From contig CM060732.1 in assembly GCA_030704615.1 (NCBI GenBank), positions 41,974,001 to 42,038,000 of the forward strand: a DNA stretch of 64,000 nucleotides. The letters are read 5' to 3'. Source of the DNA: Takakia lepidozioides (lineage: Eukaryota; Plantae; Bryophyta). Below the pieces are notes generated by a model. That model searched no databases. It saw only the letters and a program-made list of their open reading frames with translations, and was not told where the DNA came from. The position numbers and the translations under genes were made by a program. Positions 27,760 to 40,400 of the stretch are shown here, one piece after another. Positions within the stretch are counted from its first letter, which is position 1; the number at the start of each line of letters is the position of its first letter.

Positions 27760-29045
27760 TTCTGTTCTAGTGAGATAGCAATAACGATCCGGGGCTATTT
27801 TAAGAAATATATGCCATTAGTTCGGCTATAACTTTTGTTCGAATTATTTTTCTATAATGAAGCTTGATCTAACCATTGAATTTTGAGATTGAGAAATTTT
27901 ACTTAACCATTCTTGTCAAAACCTCACATTTAGAGTATTGAGGATTTACTCAAATCTCAAGTGAGGTAGAAACGTTTGAATCGGAGGAGACGACATTTTA
28001 TTATATTTTTTCTATTTCGCCTCTGCAGTTATCGGTTTGTACTTCTACCATATCTGGGAAGCAGCTTCCGTCGATGAATGGTTATATAATGGTGGACTGT
28101 CCGCGGGGGTTTCACAAAACAGCCCATATCTTTTCTGGTGCACGACCACGGTGACCCTTAACTCTCTGTGATGAGTCGCGCTGAGTCTTGGCCCTCACAC
28201 CACGGCCCCAATGGACCGCGGTGAGCCCCAAAACTCCCCGCGACTCCCACCACAAGGCCTCATCCCCGCGGTGAGTCCTATGCCACCCCCACTACGACTC
28301 CTATGCTACGACCACCTCACGTGGAGCCCCCAATGCAACCTAGCTTGCGGGGCTCCACCCAGTGAGCACCTCCGCCCTCTTGAGTGTCGAATGGTGCTTC
28401 AGGCCCCTATTCCTACTGCTGCCGCCCCCACTACAGGACAGCCCTTTTCGGCTCGACCCCATGCCCTAAAGGCAAGGGGCTACGATAGCCGCTGTCCCCA
28501 CCAAGGGGACAGCCCCTCTTGTGTCCCGACCCCTGCCTTAAGGCAAAAGGCCATGACATGTAAATTGAGTTGCAACTGTCTAGATTTTTCGATCATGCAT
28601 TGCCAATCTACTCATTCTATACCTATATGTAACACTAGAGGAATTTTTATTCCGCTAAAATATTGGAGCACCCCTTTGAGGCATATGCTATTTTCATGGA
28701 AGTTGGCTGACAAGGCCAATTTTAACCCCCTCCGTTCATATACAACACAACGAAGTCATCCCAAATTTTCCATGTTTGGGTTTGAAAAAATTTGGTACAG
28801 CATAGGCTTGTAGGTACCACAGATGTAGAATATGAAAAATCCACACCTTCCACAAAATGCTTGGTCAACTTAGAGAGTTTTTTACGAGGCAAGCTCCAAA
28901 ATCCTCCCAGGATTTTTGTTATAATTTGGCATTTCAACGGTCAAAATAGCCTACGTGGACCTGTTAATGTGACACCTGTTATATAGCAGCTTTTCTAACC
29001 CTGCCACCTCGTTATTTCTCGCCACATGGGCGCTAGGTAGAATTT
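27760..29045. repeat. Probable TE-derived intergenic sequence with a C-rich degenerate repeat block
   Basis: Recurrent CCGCGGTGAG(C/T)CC and ACAGCCC motifs at 28145-28560, flanked by AT-rich TE-like sequence; boundaries not defined. Confidence 0.3.
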
Positions 29046-31442
29046 ACATGTGGTTTGTGGCGATTATTGAAAAGTGGAAAAGAAAACAACACTGCAAAAA
29101 TATAACATATAGATAATGAAAGAGGTAGACTGTAGTAGTCTACTAGTAGTTACAAATGGGTAGACAAACATGACGTCGACTAAAGTCAGACGTACAGTAA
29201 GAGCCAGGTATGGGCCCCTTCCCGTTGCAAGTACCACCACACTAGACAAGTTAAAGTCATATATTGGCTGCAATATAAATATGGTCAGTCCATCATGTAG
29301 TACAAACACAAGAATCTCACTTTGCAGCTTGTCTCTCTCTCTTAGATGCAAGTTCGTAGGCATATGTATAATCGATGCAAATCACATATCTTATAACTGA
29401 TTGTGGGTCCTATTTAGGCCCAGACGCTGCATGTAAAGCAGCCCCCAATAATCAGAATCAGAACTATAGTCTGTGCTTCCCTTGAAGGATCCATGTCAGT
29501 CAGTTTCCTTTCACCCGTGGCGATGGTGGCAGCAATCAATGGTGGCCGAGCCAGTGACTTATTGTTTGCCTCTTTATGGTCCAGCCGATTGGGCAGGTTT
29601 GACTATCCTAGGTGTAAATGCTTAACTCAGGCTTCTTTTTGTCCTTGAAAAAGGCGCCGAATTTCCAGTCGACTAGCCATTTGGAAGCCCAGAATCTGGC
29701 ACGTGATCAAACCACACCCAGCACTGAAATTAGCAGGAATTTCGATGCACGACAAGGAGCTAATGTTACTCGACCCTCCTCCTATTTAGACCTTGTGGCC
29801 CCAGGGCCAATACACTGCAGGAATCCAAGGGCCCCTCCCCGTTCCTGAGAAAGGCAAGTATCTCTGGAATTTGGTGGGTACATGTCAATTGATTGTGCTG
29901 GTCAGTGCTTTCATTCCTTATCTCCAAATGTTCCTGGATATAAGTTTAACTCTTTCTATTACTTATTTTACTCCCTGGGACAAATTTTTAGAGAGGGCAG
30001 AAGGAAGTGAGGAGTACGGCTTCATCAGATCAATCAGTTCTGCAAGTGCATGGCAAGGGTCCAGCCTGCCATGGCGGTTCTATGAATGCTCTACTCATAA
30101 CCACTCCAACAGACTTCAAAATCATATCCATGTCACATGTGTAGATGTGGTCAAAAAGTATTCACTTACATGCTTCAATCTCCATCATTAATCTGCACAT
30201 TTATAGTCAAAATAATGGATGTGTCAATTACCTTTTGTCGAGGCTGGAGTTCGCAAGCAGAGCAGGCAACACCACGAGCCTGTGCAGTTGTGCCGATGAG
30301 TTCCTCTTGGTCATGACGTCATGACAGTGCCCACTGCCAACAGGTTCGACAACATAAAAGATTGTATTCAACGCAACATGTGAAGATTGAGAGGGGGAGG
30401 TATCAAACCTAGCATAGGCCCCTAATAATTGATATAAATGGGACGGGCCCAGACTCCAGTTAACAATCTAACGCTTGTGGGTAGGAAGATACGGTAGTTG
30501 TTATTGGTTCTTGCACACTGTAGATCCTTGCATCACAGGGATATTGATCTACTGTAATAGGAGTGACTTCAGGAGAAGGAAGGTGCTCTACTAGAACTAT
30601 TTAAGTGTACCGCTACAAGAGAAACAATCCTGAGCATGGATTGTGATTTTAGGTCTAGCTTTGATTGCACAAGGTGCTAATGCAAGAGGGAAATTTCCAA
30701 CAGTGATGGAAGGGGTACTATTCCAGGTATCACTGCATTCAGGTAGCAGTTAGGGACCCATGTAGGAGGTGGAGCTGGATCTCAGCATTAGAGGCTCTGC
30801 TTCCCTGGGAAGCTTTGGTCCCATATAGAAAGGAGGTATTCAGCACTACATCCTGCACCAACTTTGCATAACTTAGGTGTAGAGATGGGGAGCTGTTGGA
30901 TAACAGCTTTGCAGTAAATAATCCATATCAAACTTTCAATGCTTGCAGATTCACACACCATAGATGTGATTGACCTCGCATATCATACCAGAGCAAGTGG
31001 TAGAAACATTTCGGCAGAGGGGACATGTAAGATTTCAGCAACCTGCACTACAGCTTGTGAAGCTCCTGCAAAGGCTTTTTGTCCGACCAAAACATTCACA
31101 TAGCATGCCATCCAACCTTGGAGAAATTGTGACATCCGACCAGTTGTGCAAAACACTCATGGGCAACCCATTGACTGGTGCAAAGTGCAATGCGGTTAAA
31201 CAATGGGATGGGAATACACCTTCGAACCCCAAAACTTCAGGGGATCAAAAGGAGCCTTCCCATCCGTGACATACGCAAATACCCACTTACTTGCGTAACC
31301 CTTTAGATTCTTAACTGTATCCAGAGACAGAGAGACCGATGCTGTAAACTTTCACACCTCGATTTGAACCAAGGAAAGAATGATGTGACTGAACTTATCA
31401 CTACAGAAAGATAGTCTTTTGGGTCCTTCATGTGTTGCAAGG

Positions 31443-34400
31443 TCAAACCGGCACAAGGGGTCTAAGCAGCCCCGTCTCAGCATCCAGGTAACCAAGCAGC
31501 CGTTGCAAACGCTGTGCAACCTCACAATGGAAAGGAAGGGGAGAACGGCGATGCGTGTAAGTCAGGCCGACAGTAAGCCAAGACAGAGCATGAATCTCCG
31601 AAGCCACTACTTGCAACACTCTGTGGGCTTCCAAGGCCTGCTCTTTGCATTCTCCTACTGGTGATTTCAGAGATTTGGAGTTTCCAGACACTTCAAACCG
31701 TGCTCCATGGCTCAGTTCAGAGGGACTAATGAGTCTCGGAGATCCATTATAGTGGGCTATCAAACCAACGCTGACAGTTGACGGCCACTCCTCCTTCACA
31801 TTTCTCTGTCCAAACCCACTCATGACCTGTGGTGTCGCACCTGAAACGATAAAGGCTGAGGCGACTGGGCTTGCTGGTCCACTGCCTTGGATGCTTTGTG
31901 CCAGGCCAGGGGATTCCCGATTGAGGGAAGCTAATAGTTGCGGAGCCAATGGTGGCATTCTCTGTGATGGTACCACAAGATAAGTTGTGCCCATAGATCC
32001 CACTGTTCTGATTGTACCAACCCCAGTCCCCATGGACGTACTTGAGCTTAAGCTCCCTGCCGTGGAGCCTACTGGCCACAAAGATGCCGAAAAGGCTCCT
32101 TGAGATACACCTGCTAATCATCAGGTCAGCCTTAATCATTAAAGAGGCAAAGGGGGAAGGAAAGTCCCAGCACTGGAACACACTGACGTCCAAGCTTACA
32201 AGGCTTTTTGTGCCTACTTGAGTAGTGAGAGAGCAATGGGAGAAAAGGCCACACCTTCATTTCTATACCCAGAAAGACACATCCTTTCCATCCTTTCTTA
32301 GATCTTTCCCTCAAAAAAAGCACTCGAAAGCCTACAAAACAGGAAGGGCCTAAGGCTCACCTGGAATTTTTCTCTAAGCGCTGCACTTACCAGAAAACAA
32401 ATGACGCAAGCATCACACATTAACAGACAAACGTCCAGAAGTAAAAGGAAGTTTATAAATCCCCTGGAATAACAATGAGCCATAAGAATGAGAGAGAGAT
32501 GTGGCTGACCTGAAACTGTGCCATCAGATGCGCAAACAATCTGGAGGCTATGTTCAACACGCACTGAGACGAGGCTTATGCCTTGCACCCACTGGAAAGC
32601 ACCCTTGGGGGGCTCTGTGGGTGCCGACTTGCTGGTCGTCTGACCTTGCCGTCTGCCCAGACTTGAGCTCAAATCCAACCCGCCCTTGCTGTAGTTTGAA
32701 ACCTTGTTACGTGCACCATATGCAGAAGGGTTAGGTGATGCTGGTCCACTTCCAGCAAGGCCCAGGGCTCTGTCAGACAGCAATCCCATATCGGAGTTGC
32801 TCCCTGTGCCCCCTTGAATCGCTCCAGAATCCGGTTGCAAATGACGAATCTGCACAGGCCACTTCCGTGCCTCCTCACCCCCTGCAGTCATGATGACACG
32901 ATGCCATTCTGCAAATAATAATGCCGCAGACCATGAGTATGTCGTATAAAAATAGAGCTACCCATCATTATGTTGTATCCTGGTCACAGAGAGAAAGAAC
33001 TAATTTAATTTTTAACTGTCTGGCTATGATTGAAAATTCTGGTTGACTGTTTGATCAGGGTGCTTTCTCCCTTTACTCGCAAAAAGAATAAAGAGAGGGG
33101 AAAATGATGTAAAAGAAGAACAAAAACTCTATACCATCCACAGGGGGTCCTGAAAGCCAATGGACAAAGCTACGCAACAAAGAATGACAAAACGAACGGT
33201 AGAGCTACAGAAACGAAGTATCTGTCCACATTTTCAAGGAGCTGATTAACGAAAACGTTGAAGAGCAGTGGGGCGACAAGCTTGAGCTACACCTGTCAGT
33301 GTCAAAGAAATTAGACTTCTGGACATCTTTGACATTGATCATAACATAACTTTGATGTTCGCATACAGGTTGTGCACCATCCTCCACCCCAGAAGGCCAG
33401 ACAAAATAACAGAGAGAGAAAGGAAATCCGCTCCTATAACGTAGCAAAGAAGCAAAGCACTTGTGGGCTGACCGTTTAGCATGGTCAAATTGTTAAATGG
33501 ACTTCTGGCCCACTATATGTGGCAAGATCAAGTTTTTGTTCTATACCTTCATCCACGTATATACACTATTGCGGTGTCAGACATTGTGCACCAAGATGAT
33601 ATAGGCCACATACACTTACCTTGGCACTCTTTTTCGAAGAAACTGCCAAGACGGGCGATGATGATACCACGAGGTTTGCTGCTACCGGCATCCACTGCCA
33701 TAGCCAGCAACTGTAGACCCTGCTGCAGGACTTGGCTGAACAGCCCCTGAAGCCCGCCTTCTTTCCGGGCATCAATCCCAGCCATTGGGAAAACTTGTGT
33801 ATCAAGGAGCTCCCCCCGAGCATCAGTCCAGACTGAAACCATCCAATGCCAATTTTCTGTCCAAGCATAACAACAGTGAAGGTCCGCCGCTTGTTGGCAA
33901 CCGGTGCTAGCATCACCATCTGAACCTTCACCCATTGCATTCGGCCCGAAGTCTTGCCCCTGTGTACTTGCTGAGGCTTCTTCCCCAAGTGATCTTGTGG
34001 CATCCCTCCCATCCATCCAAGCTGGGGTCAACCCAATGCCAACATCAGGGGATCCAGCCTCTGCCAGGATAAAGGCTGGCTCGTAGAGATACCTTACAGT
34101 GTCATGGGTTGCATCACCAGTGGAGGTACCTGGAAACATTAGTTTTTGTATTAGTTTCTGCTTCAGTCAGACTGGATCAGAAGGAGCCCTCAATCAACAT
34201 GGAAAATATTGGCTCAACACAACTCACACAGCACAACTACAAACCCTCCAACCCTACAAACCAATTCGAAATAGAAATGAAGGTGATGGCTGAATAATAT
34301 ATCTAGGGTAATCTGTGCAACACTTTTAGGGTCATGCATTAGTTATGACCAGTTGTGACAGCTTCTGGGAACTTTAAAGTCCCAACAACCTGAAGATAAC

Positions 34401-37400
34401 TCTAAACTGATACAAGAATATTGTGTACACATGGAGAAGGAAAAACAACTGCAAACTCACAGCTGTCTACCAAACTGTAAGAGCATAGAACCAAAATAGA
34501 GATGTAGAAAAGAAAACCTGCATCAGATTCTGCAACTCGTGTGGATGACTTCCACCCACTCTCCCAAGGGTTGCGAAGACTTGTGGACTCTAAAGTTCCT
34601 CCACTGCTACCACTATTCCGTCCAGTGGTACAGTCCTTCCAAAGTCCGGGCAGAGATGTGTTAGTTTGCAATGCTGGGGCAACGGCACCTCCTGTCTTAG
34701 GACGTGCCACAGAAGTGGCAGACACGACTTGATGTGAACTTTCAGTCATGGGAACACGGCGTGGAATTCGACGTGCCTTGTTGTACACTCCCAAAGCAAC
34801 CTCCTTGAGCATATCAAGTGCTGGTGCTGATTGGCCACTTGCCTTGAACACTGTTTCTGCAGTGATCACTTGGAGGGCTAATCGAGGAACTGAGAACCCC
34901 ACAATACTTGAGACAGAATCTTCCACAGCTGACGCTGTTGCAGACCGTTGATTCCTGTCCAAGGCTGCGCTTGCTGAACCCAGGCTCTGACAGGCATCGA
35001 TCATTGTTTGTAATACCCCTGAAGGCTCAGAGACAGGGCAGACCAAATAAACAACCTGCAGTGCTTATTATGTCAGACATTTAATTTCACAATTTGGTTG
35101 ATATTTGAGAAAAAAAATGCAATTACAAAGCCTCCCACTAACACTGAAATAGAAGTCTGCAAGAAGAAATGACAAAATGATGGTCCCTTCTTGACATGTA
35201 GAAATATAGTGGAAGACAAAAGGAATAAAGAATCTTAACAGTAAACAGTGAGAGAATACCACAGGCATATCTAACTTGCTAAGAGAGGAGAGAGAGAATG
35301 AGATGCAATAAATGGACGGCTCCCTGTCAATGTTGGCTTTGAAGTACCCTTAAGAGCACCATACAAGCAGGATACTAACCCTCCGGGGAGGGGGATTGTG
35401 GGTCTGCATTCCAGAAGGGTGATATAGACCAGTACCAGAGAGGAAGAAAAAAAGAAGAAATAAATTCACAAGAAATTCAAGACCAAACTACAGATAACAA
35501 CAAGAACAGCTTATTTGATCCATGGACACAGTAGAACCAGTGACACGAGAGAAATTATTTATGAGTCCATACTGGACCAAAAAAGGAGAGGGTGAGATAG
35601 GGGAAGAACAAGAAGAACAGAGGAAAGAGAAAAAGAAACTTTATAGCATCCAGAGGGCCTCAAGGGCCCGTGGGACAAAGTAGAGCAACAAGAACCACAT
35701 CAAGAGACAGTTAGAGAGACACACCGCACAAGGGCCTTGTTCAGGATCCCGTTGAGTGGTGGAGGATGCTGCAGAAATAGGTAGACCCTTGCACACTTTC
35801 CGTAAGGCCTTCCGGAAGTCGGACATATTCCAGCCCGTGCCCATGCTTGTCAGGTAGTTACTTGCTAAGCTAAGGGATGATGTCATGGAGTGGGCCTCTA
35901 AAGGCGGACGCGGCATGGCTCCAGGAACATCCACTAGAATAAAACCAGGTGGCGCCTGCTTACTTGAGCTTGGAACAGACTCTGGCTGGCCAGCCGCCGT
36001 CCCCGCTGGTATGTGGGATCCCAGTCGGCATGCTTCATAAACTGTCACAGATACAAACCCAATCTCACAGCAAACTACTTATACAACTGAAGAGACACCT
36101 GTCTGGCAAGATACTTAGGATGTCAAAGCAGGTATTTCCAAGCAATGATGTACACTTGGAACAGCTGTCCTGTCTATCTCTCTGGATCTGAGGTTCTTCA
36201 TTGGTCTACTTGTTTCCCTTGGCCCTTTGGCCTGACAATGTGACAATCTTTCAGTTTGTTGGGGCCCCCACTTTTCTGTTTGGTTTTCTCTTTCCTTTTC
36301 CCAGTATAAAGTTACTTTGGACAAAGAGCATCATCCACCCCGTCTTCAAGAGCGGTGACAGGCTTGCACCGACCAACTATCGCCCAATTCTGGTATCTTC
36401 ATTACTGGCTAAACTGTTTGGGGCAGTAGTGGCCATGGAACTGGATGATTGGGCTGAATCCTCTAACATGCGGCTATTGGGCAAGCAGGTTTCTGTCACA
36501 ACCGATCCACTTGACCACATTTTCACTCTTCAGACTATATTAGAACGTGCAAGCTATGACAAAAAAATGGTGTATGTTTGCTTCGTAGACTTTCAAAAGG
36601 CTTTTGTTTCGGTTCCTCGAGACCTTTTCCAATGGCTCCATAGGATGGGAGTCCCTCGAGACATCATATATGCCGTCTTATCCATGTATGAGATTGTCAT
36701 TGGCATGATCAACGTCGCGGGGGAATTCTCAGCAGAGGTGCATAGCAACATTGGGGTCAAAAAGGGCTGCCCCCTCTCACGTACCCTTTTTGGGATCTAT
36801 GTTGAGGCTTTGGAGGGTTACATCTCAAAAAACCATGGAGTTGGGGTGCCATTGGATGGGGGACCAACGCAATCAGCACTCTCTATGCTGATGATGTTGC
36901 CCTCTTGGCACAATCTCCTGTCTTCCTACAACGCCATCTTTGCGTCTTGGAAGAGTTCTCCAAAGACTATGGGTTGCAGGTCAATCTTAGCAAAACTAAG
37001 ATCATGGTTTTCAATGGCCAGGCGGACCGCAGGTTCGTCTTCAACCAACAGGAGATTGAGATGGTCAAATCATACCAATGCCTGGGTCTGGTTATCCACT
37101 CTCCCAAATTCCAGTTTGCATCAACTGCCCTGGACAGATTGATAAAGGGCAAGGCTGCCTCCATCCGCCTTCAGGCAAAATGCAAACAGATACATCTGCG
37201 CCACCCCCCAACCCAAAAGTGGCTATTTGACAGCGTTGTCACCCTGGCTGCCACTTATGGTTGTGAGTTCAGGGCACCTGGTGGGAAAAAAATCTGGAAC
37301 CGTTGCAGTCAAAAGATGCCAAGCATTTCTGATCCTCATAATGGAAGACTTCAGTGAGAGATTGAGTCCCCACCTAAGCCAATGTTAGTAAATGCGCAGT

Positions 37401-40400
37401 GGTGGCTTTCATTGATTGTGGGGGGGGAAGGAGGTGGGGATCTCAAATGGACTTGGGGGAGTCAAAAGATCCCTGTGCTCCCTTCCTACACATATACTGG
37501 CGTTGAGTGTTCCTCGAGTTGCAGCTGGGATGCGCGTATACAGAAAATGATTCAAACAGCTACACCAAAGCTTGAGCCTCACTAACTTTTTCCACTGCAG
37601 AGGGATTAATACTGAAGTTAAAAGGACCATGCTTTGCAATGTGACTGGGCCTGCCTTGGAGTACGCATCTGCTGTGTGGGTCCATAACTCCAACCATGCT
37701 AAATCTCTAGAATTATTTAGGTTGCGGTGCTCAAAGAGGGCATGTCAGCATGCTCTAGAACAGCTAACGTGACTGTTCTGGTCGAATATGGCATACCTCC
37801 CTTAAGCTCTCAATGTGATGAGTTGTAGGTCAAATGGTGGGGTCAGTTGAATCACATGTCCAATATTAGATACCCTAAGATGATCAACTATATTAGCCCA
37901 GAGGAACTGACTCTCCTAGATGAAGCTGACCTGAAGGTTGAAGCATCTAATGCCATGTTGATTGCCTGAAGACTGTCCGATGAAAATGAAATTAGCCTGA
38001 ACTTGTTTCCAGTCTGTGACATGGGCGAGGACCTTAAGGATGAAATTTAAACTCAGGCCGGGAAGCCTACATTCAAAAAAGAAACAGATGCAGAGAGGAA
38101 GAGGAGACTGTAATTGCCCGATGTGTGGGCAGCCTGAAGACAATATCCATTTTATGATACATTGTCCGGGATATTTTCACCAGAGAGTGACACATCAAGA
38201 ACATTGTCCCTGCACCTCTGGTGAGCCTAAAGCCCTGGCCCTGTTGGGGTCTAATTGCTGGGCAGCTCACACACACAGCAAGTTGATGCCTGTGAGAAGG
38301 GCTTTCTAGAGGACATCTTGACAACCTGAACTAATTGTCTTTATAATGGTAAGTCACACTACCAGAGGGAGCCCCTCACAAAGGTAGTATCTGTTCCCTT
38401 TTGTTCAGCCTGCATAGGGTCTATGGCCATCTTATGAGTACATTCTCTCTCTCTCTCTCTCTGTGCAATTGCCCGTTGTGTGGGCAATCTGAAGACAGTA
38501 TTCATTTTCTGATACACAGTCCGGGGTTCTCTCACCAAAGAGACGCTCTCTTCAAATCTATTAAGGGTATTGTGCCTGTACCCCTGTTTACCAACTTTGA
38601 AAGTCTCGAGGCTGACCCAAAAGCCCAGGCCCTCCTGAGGCCTAGTTTTTGGGCAAATCACACACAGCAGATTGATGCTTGTGTGAAGGGATTTCTAGAG
38701 GATATCTGGAAAACCCGGATTAATTCTATATATGGAGGTAAGTCTTACTACCAACGTCAGCCCCTGACAGAGGTAGGTTCTGTCCCTTTTGTTCCCGCTC
38801 AAACTGGGCGCAGGGTCAATGGCCACAAGGCTACGGCAAACAACGTCTTATGAGTACAATCTCTCTTTCTCTCGTACTACGAGCCCCTGACAGAGGGAGG
38901 TTCTGTCCCTTTGGTTTCCGCTCAAACTGGGCGCGGGGTCAATGGCCACAAGGCTACGGCAAACAACGTCTTATGAGTACATTCTCTTTCTCTCGTACTT
39001 CCCTGAACTTGTTTCCAGTCTGTGACATTGGAGAGGCCATCATGGATGACCTCAAGGGTATACCCACCCTCGGCACTAGACTGAAATTTAAACTCAGGGC
39101 GGGAAGCCTACCTTTGAACAGCAAACAGATGCAGAGAGGAAAGAGGGATTGCAATTGCCCGTAGTGAAGGCAACATTATCCTGAGTACTCTCAGGAGAGA
39201 GACGCCCTCTTTAAATCCATCAAGGGAATTGTGCAAGAGCCTCTGTTTACCGACTTTGAAAGACTCAAGGCTGAGCCAAAAGCCCAGGCCCTTTTGGGGC
39301 CTAGTTATTGGGCTAACCACACAGAGCAGATTGATGCTTGTGTAAAGGGATTTCTAGAGGATATCCGGAAAACTCGGATTAATAGTCTGTTCCAAGATAA
39401 GTCATACTACCCGCATGAGCCCCTGACGAAGGGGTTTTCTGTCCCTTTGTGTTCTGCTCAAACTGAGGGCGGGGTCAATGGCCACAAGGCTACGGCAAAC
39501 AACGTCTTATGAGTACATTCTCTCTCTCCCGTCAAGTCGCTTTGCATGATGCCATGAACGGGAGTGTGCCAATGTGTTGATTGACAGAACTGATATTGGT
39601 ACCTCTGACCACTTCCTGGTTTGGACTGAGATCAAGGTGTTTCCCCAACTTTAAGTTCTGTGAAACGTTCAATTCGGAAGTGGCGCATAGAAAAATTCCA
39701 AAATGAAGAGGTCAAGGCTGAGTATGTCCAGGCCTTGCAAGAGGCTCTCCATCACTTGTCCATTCACTCCAAGATCTTCAGTCTCGCTCTGGCAATGCAA
39801 GAAATGGAGTCGAAAGAGCAGTGATTCTTGGGACAGTTTCGTCTCCTCTGTGGCTGACAAGATCATTGGGAGGAAACCAATTGTCTGCGGTAGAGCTGTT
39901 AATTGGCAGACCAATGAGATCAAACACAAGATAGACGAGAGACGAGTCCTCTATAAAGAGTGCTGCAATTTGAAAGCCAACAAAGAGATGTCGGCTAGGT
40001 ACTACCAGACCCACAAAGATATCCATCAGCATGTAAGGTCTCAGAAGAAATTATATTAGGGCAAGTTATAAGTGAAATAAAGTCAAACCACTATGGTGGT
40101 AATGACAAGAGATTCTGGTTAGCCCTTCAACGTCTGTGCAAGCTGAAAATTTGTCAGCAAGTGCAAGCACTGAGGACTACTAACGGTGCAGTGTGGTTGA
40201 CATTGTCAAAACCTTTGAAACCCACTACAGTATCTTTGGCAGAAATTCTAGGTCTAACAGTGAGGGATCTTCTGAAGAATGGAACTGTTCCTATGATTCA
40301 AGACAGCCCTTATGAACTGGAGTATATTTCAAAGGGTTATAAGGCTCCCATTAGGTCTTCTGAGATTATGGAAGCAATTGAGCATTTAACCGGATATAAA

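Noticed and set aside
28211-28813. 200-aa ORF
   Set aside because: Pro-rich product of C-rich repetitive TE-like DNA; no recognisable domain or splice support.
38840-38885. Possible hammerhead ribozyme (CTTATGAGTAC...GTACT)
   Set aside because: The core is not CTGATGA, there is no GAAA in the right place, and the remaining stems are absent.
38400-39530. CRISPR-like repeat/spacer appearance of the recurring CAACGTCTTATGAGTACA motif
   Set aside because: The intervening sequences are homologous LINE 3' fragments of variable length, not unique spacers; the context is eukaryotic and there are no cas genes.
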